A stretch of 64,000 nt of DNA, taken from contig JBAUTB010000089.1 in NCBI GenBank assembly GCA_049582005.1, positions 5,851 to 69,850 of the forward strand, given 5' to 3'. Each line of letters begins with the position of its first letter. Within the stretch, counting starts at the first letter, position 1. A model generated the notes under the pieces. It ran no database searches. It was not told the origin of the DNA and worked only from the letters and a program-made list of their open reading frames with translations. Made by a program: the position numbers and the translations under genes. Shown here piece by piece: positions 50,235 through 59,619 of this stretch. This DNA is from Gloeobacterales cyanobacterium (GTDB lineage Bacteria > Cyanobacteriota > Cyanobacteriia > Gloeobacterales > PMM-0068).

Positions 50235-51359
50235 GTGAGACATCGTTTTGTGAATGCTTCCGTGCCTCATCTTCTCAGTTCTGCCATTGCGCCTGCTCAA
50301 GTCCTTAGGGGATGGGGAATTTTAGCACAGCTAGAACATCATCTTCCCTTTATAGGAGAGCGACCTTTAGTCATCGGTGGCCAGCTGGGAGTTGCTCTTT
50401 TTCAAGAGCAGGAGCTTCCTCTGGCTGATGCAACCTATGCTTCTTACGGTGTGGACTGCACGTATCAAACCATCGAAGCCCTGATCCAAGTAGGACAAAA
50501 ACACCGTGCGGGGGTGATTTTGGGTGTGGGTGGAGGTAAGGCTTTAGATGCCGCTAAATTAGTAGCCTATCACTTAGGCCTTCCTGTGGTAACCATTCCC
50601 ACCAGTGCTGCTACCTGTGCGGCCTGGGCTCCATTGTCGAATCTCTATGCCCTGGAAGGGGCTTGGCTAGAAGGGGTGGAGCTACCGAGGGCTCCCGAAC
50701 TTTTGTTGTTGGACTATGGTTTGGTTCAGAAGGCCCCTGTGCGCACCCTGGTGGCAGGTATCGGGGATGCCTTAGCAAAATGGTATGAATCCTCTGTCAG
50801 TAGTGGAGTAGGTGCAACAGGGGGAGGGCAGAGCGATGTACTGGTGATTGCTGCCGTTCAGCAGGCCAGAACGCTCCGGGATATTTTGTTTTTGAAAGGG
50901 GAAGAAGCGGTCCGAGATCCTCAGAGCAAGGCCTGGGAGCAGGTCGTTGATGCCAATATTCTTTTAGCTGGTTTGGTTGGAGGATTGGGAGGAGAACGGT
51001 GTCGGACGGTGGCCGCCCATGCCGTACATAATGCTTTGACTACGCTGCCGACAACCCGTTCTAGTCTGCATGGAGAGAAGGTCGCGCTGGGTATCTTGGT
51101 GCAACTTCGGTTGGAAGAAACTCTATCTGGAAACCGTTTAGCAGAGATTGCCCGTCAGCAATTGATCCAGTTTTATCGAGCCGTAGGTTTGCCGATAACG
51201 CTGACCGATTTAAACTTAGGTCCGCTTACCCCGGAGATGCTTTTGGCCGTGGCCCATCATGCCTGTGCTCCTGAGTCAGACCTCCACTATCTCCCCTTTA
51301 CCGTTCCACCAGAAGCGCTGGTACAATCGCTGTCAGCTGAAGAGACTGTATTGCTGTAG
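50235..51359 (+). CDS. iron-containing alcohol dehydrogenase family (glycerol dehydrogenase-like) oxidoreductase
   Basis: GVGGGKALDAAK, VVTIPTSAATCAAW and the HAVHNAL..HGEKVA metal-ligand region. GTG start. Confidence 0.8.
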   Translation: MRHRFVNASVPHLLSSAIAPAQVLRGWGILAQLEHHLPFIGERPLVIGGQLGVALFQEQELPLADATYASYGVDCTYQTIEALIQVGQKHRAGVILGVGGGKALDAAKLVAYHLGLPVVTIPTSAATCAAWAPLSNLYALEGAWLEGVELPRAPELLLLDYGLVQKAPVRTLVAGIGDALAKWYESSVSSGVGATGGGQSDVLVIAAVQQARTLRDILFLKGEEAVRDPQSKAWEQVVDANILLAGLVGGLGGERCRTVAAHAVHNALTTLPTTRSSLHGEKVALGILVQLRLEETLSGNRLAEIARQQLIQFYRAVGLPITLTDLNLGPLTPEMLLAVAHHACAPESDLHYLPFTVPPEALVQSLSAEETVLL

Positions 51360-51366
51360 CAGGACG

Positions 51367-52053
51367 TCAGAGCGGCAGGGGTGGGAATAGAGGAGCCAGC
51401 AGAACCTGCAGCTGATTGTCCCAACCCAGCAGAATCGCTACGGCAGAAGCTGCGATTAGGACCCCCGAGGTGCGTTGAATATTTTCCATATGGGGATAGA
51501 GCCAGCGGAGGTTTTGGCTTAAGTTTTGACTGCTATAGGCAATAGCCAGCATGGGGATACCTGCTCCAAGCGCATAGGCAAGCAGGGAGACAAAGCCAAA
51601 AAGGATAGCTTGTTTAATCGCTACCAAAGTGATGATCGAGCCCAAAATCGGTCCAGCACAAGGAACCCACACTAAGCCCAATTGGGTTCCTACCCAGAAT
51701 TCTCCCCACAGTCCTCGATGTTGAGGCTCTGATGGCGGATGCACGACGAAAAGCCGTGAAAAAGCCCTATAGCCTAACTTTGGAAAAGCAGCGCTGACTC
51801 CCAAGAGAAAAAGTAAAACAATCGCTCCTTGGCGCAACAGGCTGGTCAAGGGACCAAGAAACTGGGCAGAAAATCCGAGAAGACTGCCCGTTAGGGCGAA
51901 AGAAAGTGCCAAGCCCAAGACAAGGGCCAGGGGACCATAACGATGACTTTGCAGGGCCCTGCCTACCAGAATTGGCAGAATTGGCAGGATGCAAGGGGAA
52001 AAAATGGTTGCGAGCCCTGCTAAGAGGGCAAGACCTAACAGTGAGATGCTCAT
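51367..52053 (-). CDS. ccdA: cytochrome c biogenesis thiol-disulfide transporter CcdA (DsbD_2 family)
   Basis: FSPCILP and WVPCAGP conserved Cys motifs. 6 TM segments. Confidence 0.85.
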   Translation of the reverse strand: MSISLLGLALLAGLATIFSPCILPILPILVGRALQSHRYGPLALVLGLALSFALTGSLLGFSAQFLGPLTSLLRQGAIVLLFLLGVSAAFPKLGYRAFSRLFVVHPPSEPQHRGLWGEFWVGTQLGLVWVPCAGPILGSIITLVAIKQAILFGFVSLLAYALGAGIPMLAIAYSSQNLSQNLRWLYPHMENIQRTSGVLIAASAVAILLGWDNQLQVLLAPLFPPLPL

Positions 52054-52066
52054 TGGGTCTTCTAAC

Positions 52067-52600
52067 CTAAACTTCAGCTAAGAGTTTTTGCACCATTCGG
52101 TCCGTTTCTTGGTAGGCTCCTTCGCCAATGTGGTCATAGCGTAGACGCCCTTTCTTATCGGCGAGGAATAGATGAGGCCAATACTCATTTTGATAGGCCC
52201 GCCAGGTTTGAAATCGATTGTCTACAGCCACGGGATAGGTAATGTCATGTTTTTTGAGTGCATCTTTGATGTTGTTGATTTCTCGTTCGTAGGGGAACTC
52301 AGGGGTATGAACGCCAACGATGACTAATCCTTTATCGGCATACTTTTGGTTCAGACTGACCATACTCGGAAGGGTGCGCTGGCAATTGATGCAGCCTAGT
52401 GTCCAGAATTGAACAGCCACCACGTTCTCTTTTAGTTTTTGAGTGGTAAGGGGTTGACCATTCAGCCAGGTTTCGATGCCTTGAAACTCCGGAAGCTTAT
52501 CCCCATGGCTAATGGCCTGCGCAGAGGACATGGCCCAAGAGGTGGTCAACCCCATCGCTCCAAACAAAACCAGGGCTTGACGTCGGGAAAATAAACTCAT
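52067..52600 (-). CDS. thioredoxin-like (TlpA/ResA/redoxin) protein, exported
   Basis: FWTLGCINC active site. Tat/Sec-like leader SRRQALVLFGAMGLTTSWAMSSAQA. ATG 52600 is preferred to 52708. Immediately upstream of ccdA. Confidence 0.8.
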   Translation of the reverse strand: MSLFSRRQALVLFGAMGLTTSWAMSSAQAISHGDKLPEFQGIETWLNGQPLTTQKLKENVVAVQFWTLGCINCQRTLPSMVSLNQKYADKGLVIVGVHTPEFPYEREINNIKDALKKHDITYPVAVDNRFQTWRAYQNEYWPHLFLADKKGRLRYDHIGEGAYQETDRMVQKLLAEV

Positions 52601-52757
52601 AACAATCTCCGTATGTCTCGTGCTTATAGTACGTGGGACGAAGAATGGCAGATTTATGAATTTATTCTTGGGCCGATTTCTTCCCACAAAAAAGCCTGAC
52701 ATGGGCAAGGGACCATATCAGGCTTTCACAAAGTAGAAAGAATCCCCCGGTTAGCAT

Positions 52758-53090
52758 CTACTGCTTGGGGGGAGATGTAGTAGGAGCAGTTTCATCACGC
52801 ATGGAACCGCCGCTGCTGTCCCCACTGCCAGGAGCCGACATGGTGCCACTGGTTCCAGGTGTACTTGGTTTACTTGTGGATGAACCGGAAGGATAGTCGC
52901 TAGTCGTTGGGGTTTCAGTCATTGGGGTTGTCGTTGGGGTTGCGGGTTTCTTCGCCTTCGTCTTCGTTGTAGTAGAAGGTTCTGCCTGAGTCGGAGTGTC
53001 CGACTTGTCCATGTTCGACTGAGCGAAAGCCCCAGCTACGGGCACTAGGGTCATAGCAGCCAATGCAACTGCAAAAAGAGATTTAGACAT
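52758..53090 (-). CDS. secreted Thr/Pro/Ser-rich low-complexity protein
   Basis: Signal peptide MSKSLFAVALAAMTLVPVAGAFA, then T/P/S-rich sequence. ATG 53090 is preceded by GAGGAA. Confidence 0.5.
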   Translation of the reverse strand: MSKSLFAVALAAMTLVPVAGAFAQSNMDKSDTPTQAEPSTTTKTKAKKPATPTTTPMTETPTTSDYPSGSSTSKPSTPGTSGTMSAPGSGDSSGGSMRDETAPTTSPPKQ

Positions 53091-53383
53091 GAGATGGTTC
53101 CTCAATGCGTCTGAGTTATCAACTCCCTCTGACCCCTCTAAGTAGTAGATGGTTCCTCAATTCATTTTTTAAAACAGAAAAAATTCACCTAAACGCCGTG
53201 AGAGAGAGGGTTTGAGAGAAATAATTAATGCGTTATTGAAATCAAAATGATCTAGCCTGGATATCAAAGACGCACTAAAAAGCCTGTTACAGAAGATTAA
53301 GAATTGGAAAATATTCCAAGAATTAGCGGATTAGGCTGCGTGACATACTTTCTTCCCCGCGAGAGTGCTAAAAATTCTAGAAA

Positions 53384-53776
53384 TCATTCGCAGTCAGAAT
53401 TTTCGGCATCGGTGGTACAGAGGAACTTCCCTTGTTCGTCTACGACCACAAGGCCAAAAGGTACGTTGATATTGTTATGTAGGGTTTTGACTAAAAATCT
53501 ACGGTTGGAACTGAATTCATCTTCCCAGCGCTTGCTATCGACATTGAGACGAATCAGGGGTTCTCCCGTTCTTTTTTCCCAATTGCGCACCAAAGGAGGG
53601 TCGCTGTCCAAGCGTTTGACCCAGTAGTCGATATTCTTATAGTCCTGATAATTGAGTTCCTGAGTACGGTAAGGACGTCTGTAGACGGGGACAGGCACAG
53701 GCACGAAAATAACTTGGGCAGCCAAGACATCGGTGAATAGAAATCCAGTGCTCAACCCTAAGGCAATAGCACGCAT
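53384..53776 (-). CDS. hypothetical exported protein
   Basis: ORF with a signal-like MRAIALGLSTGFLFTDVLAA. The start is uncertain (53818 or 53776). Confidence 0.45.
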   Translation of the reverse strand: MRAIALGLSTGFLFTDVLAAQVIFVPVPVPVYRRPYRTQELNYQDYKNIDYWVKRLDSDPPLVRNWEKRTGEPLIRLNVDSKRWEDEFSSNRRFLVKTLHNNINVPFGLVVVDEQGKFLCTTDAENSDCE

Positions 53777-53876
53777 AATTTTTTTGTAGGGAGTAATTCT
53801 GGCAGGAGGGGTAAACATGGTATTTCAGAGACCTGTATACCCATATTCGCTTAGGAAAGAAGATTCTATCTTACGG

Positions 53877-54371
53877 ATGAGGAAAATGCTGATGGAACCA
53901 TCATTAAGCTACCGAAAAGGTATGGCTTTCTTTGAACGAGGGGACTATCGAGAATCAGTTCTCTGGTTCCAACAGGCTCTTAAAGAAACTCCAGAAGATG
54001 CAGAACTCTCCCTCTGGTTAGTTCAGGCTCTAGATGCCTATGGGGCCAATGACGAAGCCCTAAAGCTCTGTCGTTCATTCATTAGATCCCAAGATCCGAA
54101 GATCAGTAAACAAGCCCGTAGTTTGCTGGCGGTCATGGAAGCCGTGCCTCTGAGCCGTCCCAGTAGACCACTCCCTGATCCGAAAGAGTATGACTTTAAT
54201 CTGAGGGGTGCTCAGAGCGGAGGTGGAGGAAAATCTAGTCCAACCCCTGCTCCCCAAGCAAAGACTTCCACGGAAGAAACGAGTTCAGCTTCCCTACCTA
54301 CGGGGTATTTGTGGATCGTGGCCGCCTTAGTCGGCGGCGCTACCGTGGTTTGGTGGATTTTAATTAAGTAA
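53877..54371 (+). CDS. TPR-like protein with C-terminal TM anchor
   Basis: GMAFFERGDYRESVLWFQQALKETPEDAE is TPR-like. C-terminal YLWIVAALVGGATVVWWILI. The start is uncertain (53817-53892). Confidence 0.5.
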   Translation: MRKMLMEPSLSYRKGMAFFERGDYRESVLWFQQALKETPEDAELSLWLVQALDAYGANDEALKLCRSFIRSQDPKISKQARSLLAVMEAVPLSRPSRPLPDPKEYDFNLRGAQSGGGGKSSPTPAPQAKTSTEETSSASLPTGYLWIVAALVGGATVVWWILIK

Positions 54372-55767
54372 GCGACAAAGCCCAATCTTTCGCCCAGGCT
54401 AGGGTACGCGCTACTCGCTCTGGATTGGGTCCTTCGCAATAGAGCCTGAGTAGAGGTTCTGTCCCACTAAAGCGGATCAGGAGCCAATGGCCTGGAGCCA
54501 GGCGGAACCGATGACCATCCGTCGTCAGATGTTCCGTTACGGTCAAACCATCCACTTCCGTGAAGGGTCGTTTCTCTAGCTCGCTGACCAGTTTATTCTT
54601 GAGGTCACTATTCGGGAGTTTGAGATCAATGCGGTCATAGACACTGTGGTAATCCAATTCCTCTTGTAACTCTTGGTAGAGCTGGGTAAGGTCTTTGCCG
54701 GTGAGAGCCACCATTTCCAGAAGATAGAGTACACAAAGCAGGCCATCCCGCTCTGGCATATGGTCTATGAAGCCTACACCGCCAGATTCTTCCCCGCCGA
54801 CCAAAACCGGCTCACGGAGCATGATTTCGGCAATGTACTTAAACCCAATCGCCGTCTCATAGCACTTCAGACCCCGTGCATTTGCGACTTGAGCCATAAG
54901 GTCCGAACCACTGATTGTCTTGACCACTGCCCCCGTTAATCCTTTTCGGCGGACCAAATGGTCGATAAACAGCGGAATCAAAACCTGACAGCTCAAGTAA
55001 TTGCCAGCATGGTCTCCAGCCGCAACGCGGTCAGCATCGCCATCCAGTACGGCCCCTACGACCGTTTCCGGTCCCGTGTATTCTTGCAGGGCTTTAAAGA
55101 AAGGAGCCAAGTTCTTTGGAATCGGTTCTGGACTTACTCCACCAAAGAGGGGGTCACGCTCACTTCGCAATTCTATAAGCGGTCGCTTTAGCAAACGTCT
55201 AAGGCTGCCACTACCAACCCCATGCATAACGTCCATAAGAATGGCCATGTCCGCTCGTTCAATCGCTTCTAAATCCACTTTTTTGCTGATTTGTTCCAGG
55301 TAGGCAGGCCAGGGATCGAAATAGGCTAAGGTTCCGCCTGGCTTCTCACTCAGCGCTCCACCTTCTACATAGCGCTCTTCAATTCCTTGGGTGAATTCTG
55401 ACCCAACAGAACCCCCGAAAGCCCCTTTAATTTTGAGTCCTGAGTACGTGGGAGGATTGTGACTGGCGGTGATTACAATCGCGCCCAACATCCCTTTGGA
55501 AACAACAGTCCAACTATAGGCAGGCGTTGGTGCTGGCCCCTCGCTTAAAAGAACATGAAATCCAGCTTTCTGGATCGCTTTGGCTGCCGCCAGCGCAAAT
55601 TCTTCACTCAGGAAGCGACGGTCATAACCGACGACAATGCCTTCCCCTTGGAAGGTCTCAGCCAGTCGATAAGCGGCTAACTGGGCCACCTGTTCTACCC
55701 GCTCGAAGGTAAAGCCCTCAGCTATGATGCTACGCCAGCCATCCGTCCCAAATTGAATCCCACCCAT
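54364..55767 (-). CDS. phosphoglucomutase/phosphomannomutase family protein
   Basis: GTDGWRS, ITASHNPPTYSGLK, DGDADR and GGEESGG. Confidence 0.9.
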   Translation of the reverse strand: MGGIQFGTDGWRSIIAEGFTFERVEQVAQLAAYRLAETFQGEGIVVGYDRRFLSEEFALAAAKAIQKAGFHVLLSEGPAPTPAYSWTVVSKGMLGAIVITASHNPPTYSGLKIKGAFGGSVGSEFTQGIEERYVEGGALSEKPGGTLAYFDPWPAYLEQISKKVDLEAIERADMAILMDVMHGVGSGSLRRLLKRPLIELRSERDPLFGGVSPEPIPKNLAPFFKALQEYTGPETVVGAVLDGDADRVAAGDHAGNYLSCQVLIPLFIDHLVRRKGLTGAVVKTISGSDLMAQVANARGLKCYETAIGFKYIAEIMLREPVLVGGEESGGVGFIDHMPERDGLLCVLYLLEMVALTGKDLTQLYQELQEELDYHSVYDRIDLKLPNSDLKNKLVSELEKRPFTEVDGLTVTEHLTTDGHRFRLAPGHWLLIRFSGTEPLLRLYCEGPNPERVARTLAWAKDWALSLT

Positions 55768-55806
55768 GCGTGTCTACCTGCTGATTCTGTCTTTGGGGCT
55801 GATCAT

Positions 55807-55840
55807 ATAGCTATTCTCGATTGCATGAAATAGGCACCCT
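55807..55840 (+). repeat. 34-nt intergenic element, copy B
   Basis: ATAGCTATTCTCGATTGCATGAAATAGGCACCCT is 31/34 identical to 17166-17199. It lies 40 nt upstream of the PGM/PMM start (minus strand) and about 100 nt upstream of the YciI-like start. Confidence 0.8.
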
Positions 55841-55941
55841 TGTTCAGACGCGATCTATTGAGCCTCCGCTCGCGCCTCCCTTCAAGCAATGGCTTGAATA
55901 GTGATAGCATCGGGTCCAGCAATTACTTAGGAGGGGGGGCC

Positions 55942-56211
55942 GTGCCTAAATACGTTCTATTCGGTTCTTATTGTGATGATGTTTTGGAAAAACGTGCGCC
56001 CTATCGTCAAGCTCATTTAGACCGTTTACAGCAACTTAAAGAGCAGGGCATAGTAGTTACCTTAGGCCCGACCAAAGACCTAACGAAAGTGTTTGGTGTT
56101 TATGATGCACCGGATGAAGCTACTGCCCAAAAACTCATCGAAGAAGACCCTTATTGGCAAGCAGGCGTCTGGACGGAATATACCCTCAAGGAATGGATTC
56201 AGGCATTCTAG
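55942..56211 (+). CDS. YciI family protein
   Basis: KYVLFGSYCDDVLEKRAPYRQAHLDRL..DPYWQAGVW. GTG 55942 is preceded by AGGAGGGGG. The track's 55840 start adds an implausible leader. Confidence 0.7.
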   Translation: MPKYVLFGSYCDDVLEKRAPYRQAHLDRLQQLKEQGIVVTLGPTKDLTKVFGVYDAPDEATAQKLIEEDPYWQAGVWTEYTLKEWIQAF

Positions 56212-57617
56212 TAAGCATTTTGTTTTGATATATTGTCGAGCCATCGTTGGGCCATAGCCACCTGTTCTCCCCAGTGAACATGAAGATAGGAGGCATGGAT
56301 ATTCGCTAAACTCCAGCCCTCTTGGGTACCATCTTCAAAATGATAAAGAGCAGGATTAGGTTGAGCCTTCAGACTAGAACGATGAAATTCATGGCCTCTT
56401 ATAGTCTGACCTGATTGCACCATATAAGAATCCTGTTGTGCGATGCCCTCTCGATAACCCAAGGTAAGTTTTGCTCCCATGCGGACTTGAGTAGGCAACA
56501 CTCCTAACATCGGATGGATGTTTCCTTGAAAATCCAGGATACTTTCACTCAGGTACATCAATCCTCCACATTCTGCATAGACAGGCAGGCCCCGACCAAT
56601 ATAGTCTTTGAGTTGATTTTTTAAAGGGGTATTAGCTGCTAGTTGTTCTGCAAAAATTTCGGGAAATCCACCACCGAGATAAAGTCCTTGAATTTCTGAA
56701 GGTAACTTTCCATCGAGCGTTGGCTGAAAAGGAACTAAGGTTGCGCCCAAACCCTCTAAGATATCGAGATTATCCTGATAGTAAAAATTAAAGGCTTGGT
56801 CTTGCGCGATCCCAATCAAGATAGAGGTTTCTTTTTGACGACAAATGACAGGGTTAGCGCATGTATAATCTGGAATTTTTTGAACGAGGGGTAGAAGCTT
56901 TTCCCCCTTGAGATAGGTTTCTGCCAGATGCGCTAGGCGAGCTTCAATCTGCGTAAATTGGTCTAATTCTCCGACGGGGATTAAACCTAAATGACGGTCT
57001 GGCAAGGTAAGTTCATCCGCACGGTAAAAGGTCCCATAGACGGTTAGCCCTATCCCCTCCAAGGCTTCAACCAATAACGCTTCATGCCTTGCAGAACCGA
57101 TGCGATTGAGGATCACTCCTGCCAGATTGACTTGAGGATTGAACAGTTTAAATCCAAGTGCTTGTGCAGCTACAGAACGCCCCATTTTGGAAGCATCAAC
57201 CACGAGCAGAACAGGTACGCCTAAGAGGACGGCTACATGAGCGCTACTTGCTTCAGGGCAAGCCTGCGCTTCGCTAACAGGGCAAGCCTGTGCTTCGCTA
57301 GCAGGGACTCTTGAGTTAGTTGATCCAGCAGTAATCCGACCATCAAATAAACCCATGACTCCTTCAATAACGACCCCATCGCTGCCTTGACTTTGATGCC
57401 GAAAACATTGGGCTACATAGGGTTCGGAAGTTAAGAAAGGATCCAAATTACGACAAGGTCTACCCGTAATCCGGTGGTGAAACATGGGGTCTATATAATC
57501 CGGCCCTACCTTAAACGATTGGATCGTCAAACCACGTTTTTTCAGCCAAGCTAAGAGCGCTAGGGTAATCGTAGTTTTTCCAACCCCACTATGGGTTCCA
57601 GCGATTAGAATAGCCAT
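56208..57617 (-). CDS. cbiA: cobyrinate a,c-diamide synthase
   Basis: N-terminal ATPase GTHSGVGKTT and a C-terminal amidotransferase (YAECGGLMYL, GHEFH). Confidence 0.9.
   Translation of the reverse strand: MAILIAGTHSGVGKTTITLALLAWLKKRGLTIQSFKVGPDYIDPMFHHRITGRPCRNLDPFLTSEPYVAQCFRHQSQGSDGVVIEGVMGLFDGRITAGSTNSRVPASEAQACPVSEAQACPEASSAHVAVLLGVPVLLVVDASKMGRSVAAQALGFKLFNPQVNLAGVILNRIGSARHEALLVEALEGIGLTVYGTFYRADELTLPDRHLGLIPVGELDQFTQIEARLAHLAETYLKGEKLLPLVQKIPDYTCANPVICRQKETSILIGIAQDQAFNFYYQDNLDILEGLGATLVPFQPTLDGKLPSEIQGLYLGGGFPEIFAEQLAANTPLKNQLKDYIGRGLPVYAECGGLMYLSESILDFQGNIHPMLGVLPTQVRMGAKLTLGYREGIAQQDSYMVQSGQTIRGHEFHRSSLKAQPNPALYHFEDGTQEGWSLANIHASYLHVHWGEQVAMAQRWLDNISKQNAY
57254..57306. repeat. 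24-nt tandem duplication (2.2 copies) inside cbiA
   Basis: CAGGGCAAGCCTGCGCTTCGCTAA (57254-57277) / CAGGGCAAGCCTGTGCTTCGCTAG (57278-57301) / CAGGG. Two mismatches between the full copies. Encodes ..SEAQACPVSEAQACPE.. in frame. Confidence 0.9.
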
Positions 57618-58141
57618 CAGAATTTATGCACAAGGCCCAAATCATAATCCCTCAAGAAGGTTCGCACCCCTGCAGCGAAAGCTCCTACAGAAGTATCAGT
57701 AGGGGGTAGAGCGCGGATAGTAACATCCAAAGGTTCCCCTTGATAGGGCTTTTCTAGTTGACTAAAGTACGGGCCAATATCCTTTACTGTCTCTGGCACG
57801 GGGCCAAATCGCGCTTTAACAGAAACCAGAACCCAGCGGTTCTGCAAGCGTTCTATGCGCAGGACGCGCTCAATCAGCACAGGCTTCATCTGGGTGCGGT
57901 CCCAAAACCGCTCAAAGGTGAGGAAACGTATTTCTGTCCCTGCTACTTGGGGGACACTGGTGCCCAAAAGCCGACTGGTTCCAGGAATAGAACCATAGGC
58001 CCGATTCACATAATCGGGGAGGGCTTTTTGTAAGGTTTTGGCTAAATCATCTAGAGGACTGGCTTGAACTTGCTGTGCCAAGAAGCCGAGCACTCCTATA
58101 GAGACGAAGAGCCTAGGAACGAGCATGGGCTTTACCTGCAA
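57617..58141 (-). CDS. hypothetical exported protein
   Basis: 174-aa ORF with a signal-like LFVSIGVLGFLAQQVQA. Overlaps the pyrF stop and abuts the cbiA start. Confidence 0.5.
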   Translation of the reverse strand: MQVKPMLVPRLFVSIGVLGFLAQQVQASPLDDLAKTLQKALPDYVNRAYGSIPGTSRLLGTSVPQVAGTEIRFLTFERFWDRTQMKPVLIERVLRIERLQNRWVLVSVKARFGPVPETVKDIGPYFSQLEKPYQGEPLDVTIRALPPTDTSVGAFAAGVRTFLRDYDLGLVHKF

Positions 58142-58874
58142 TTTCTGCCAGAATTTCTAAAGCCATCTGTCTCGGCTGAGGGTGTTGGGTAATCGGCCTC
58201 CCGATTACGAGATAATCAGCCCCGCGTTCGATGGCTTTCCCAGGGGTAAGGGTCCGTCGTTGATCATCCGCATGGCTGCCCATGGGTCGGATTCCAGGAG
58301 TGACAATCAAAAAATCAGGTCCACACGTATGACGCACTAATTCAATTTCTTGGGGAGAACAAACAATTCCGGCGACTCCACTGCGCTGAGCAAGCTCGGC
58401 CATACGCTGAACGTAGTCAGAGACCTCTAGCTCAATATTGAGTTCCCTCGACAAAGCAGATTGATCGATGCTCGTCAGTAAACTCACCGCCAGCAATTTC
58501 GGGCCAGATTTTCCCGTTTTCTCTGCAAAGTTTTGGACGGCAGAAGTGGCGGCTTGCATCATCGCTTGTCCTCCGCTGCTGTGGATAGTCAAGAGGTCCA
58601 CGCCCAGGTTGCAGACTGCCATACAAGCCTTGGCTACGGTATTGGGAATATCGTGCAACTTTAGGTCGAGGAAAACCTGGCCACCTTCCTTTTTAACCTG
58701 GGCAACCCCTACGGGGCCAGCATGGATAAAAAGCTCTAGACCAATCTTCCAGAAATTGACTTCGGGACTAAGCGCCTTGATCACCGTTTCTACGGCAGAG
58801 AGATCCGAGAAATCCAAAGGAACAATGAGCTTTGTCTGTTCTATTCTCAAAGCTGCCTGCCTGCTTGAGGGCAA
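58113..58874 (-). CDS. pyrF: orotidine 5'-phosphate decarboxylase
   Basis: LIVPLDF, FLDLKLHDIPNT and LVIGRPIT. Apparent TTG start. Confidence 0.9.
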   Translation of the reverse strand: MPSSRQAALRIEQTKLIVPLDFSDLSAVETVIKALSPEVNFWKIGLELFIHAGPVGVAQVKKEGGQVFLDLKLHDIPNTVAKACMAVCNLGVDLLTIHSSGGQAMMQAATSAVQNFAEKTGKSGPKLLAVSLLTSIDQSALSRELNIELEVSDYVQRMAELAQRSGVAGIVCSPQEIELVRHTCGPDFLIVTPGIRPMGSHADDQRRTLTPGKAIERGADYLVIGRPITQHPQPRQMALEILAEIAGKAHARS

Positions 58875-59084
58875 TTTACACTATATTTCACGGCTAAATT
58901 CCTATTTCCTTTAGCATCCAGTATTACTTCATGCATAAAGTGGTTTTTCCAAAGAGAATTTCACCTTTTTTTTATAATTGAGTATACTTGTGTTAAGTCG
59001 GATGACAGAGTTGCTTCATTTGTAAGTAGACAGTTCTTAAGGTTTCATCTCTGCCAGTAGTTCAAACCAATTCAGGTAAAGCCT

Positions 59085-59585
59085 ATGGGCTTAGCACAAC
59101 GTGGGCAGGAGTATGTCTTAGTTCCCCTTATTAGTACCTATGTTTCTCCCGAGGAACTCCAGGATAGTGATGTGGATTGGGGTTACGTAACTTATTTATT
59201 GGATGTTCATACACCTTCGGTCGAACGCGAGTTTACCATCGGTTTGGGTGGTCTCCAGGGATTACATCTTACGCTTCCTCAGGAAATCCCGGATGATGCT
59301 ATTCGTTGGGATATGGTCCTTGCCACCGACCAGAGTGGAAAATCGATAGAAATTGAGACTGTACGTAGCCGGAACCAAGTGTTGACCCTGGAGTTTGCAG
59401 AACCACTCGCTCCAAGTTCGTCTCTGCGTCTCGAATGCCAATACATGCCTGCCCCTGCAACAGCTTCTGGCACTAATGTGGTCACTTTTCCGCTCGTAAA
59501 CTGCCGCTGGGGACGTTTTGAAACTACGGCTATTCTTTTCTTTGAGTCCAAGGACCGCATGGAAAAGCGTCACCGCAGTGCTTAA
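59085..59585 (+). CDS. hypothetical protein
   Basis: 166-aa ORF. No family recognised. The antisense ORFs are shorter. Confidence 0.45.
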   Translation: MGLAQRGQEYVLVPLISTYVSPEELQDSDVDWGYVTYLLDVHTPSVEREFTIGLGGLQGLHLTLPQEIPDDAIRWDMVLATDQSGKSIEIETVRSRNQVLTLEFAEPLAPSSSLRLECQYMPAPATASGTNVVTFPLVNCRWGRFETTAILFFESKDRMEKRHRSA

Positions 59586-59619
59586 TCTGGCAACGTTTTT
59601 CTACTTTCCGAATCGCTAC

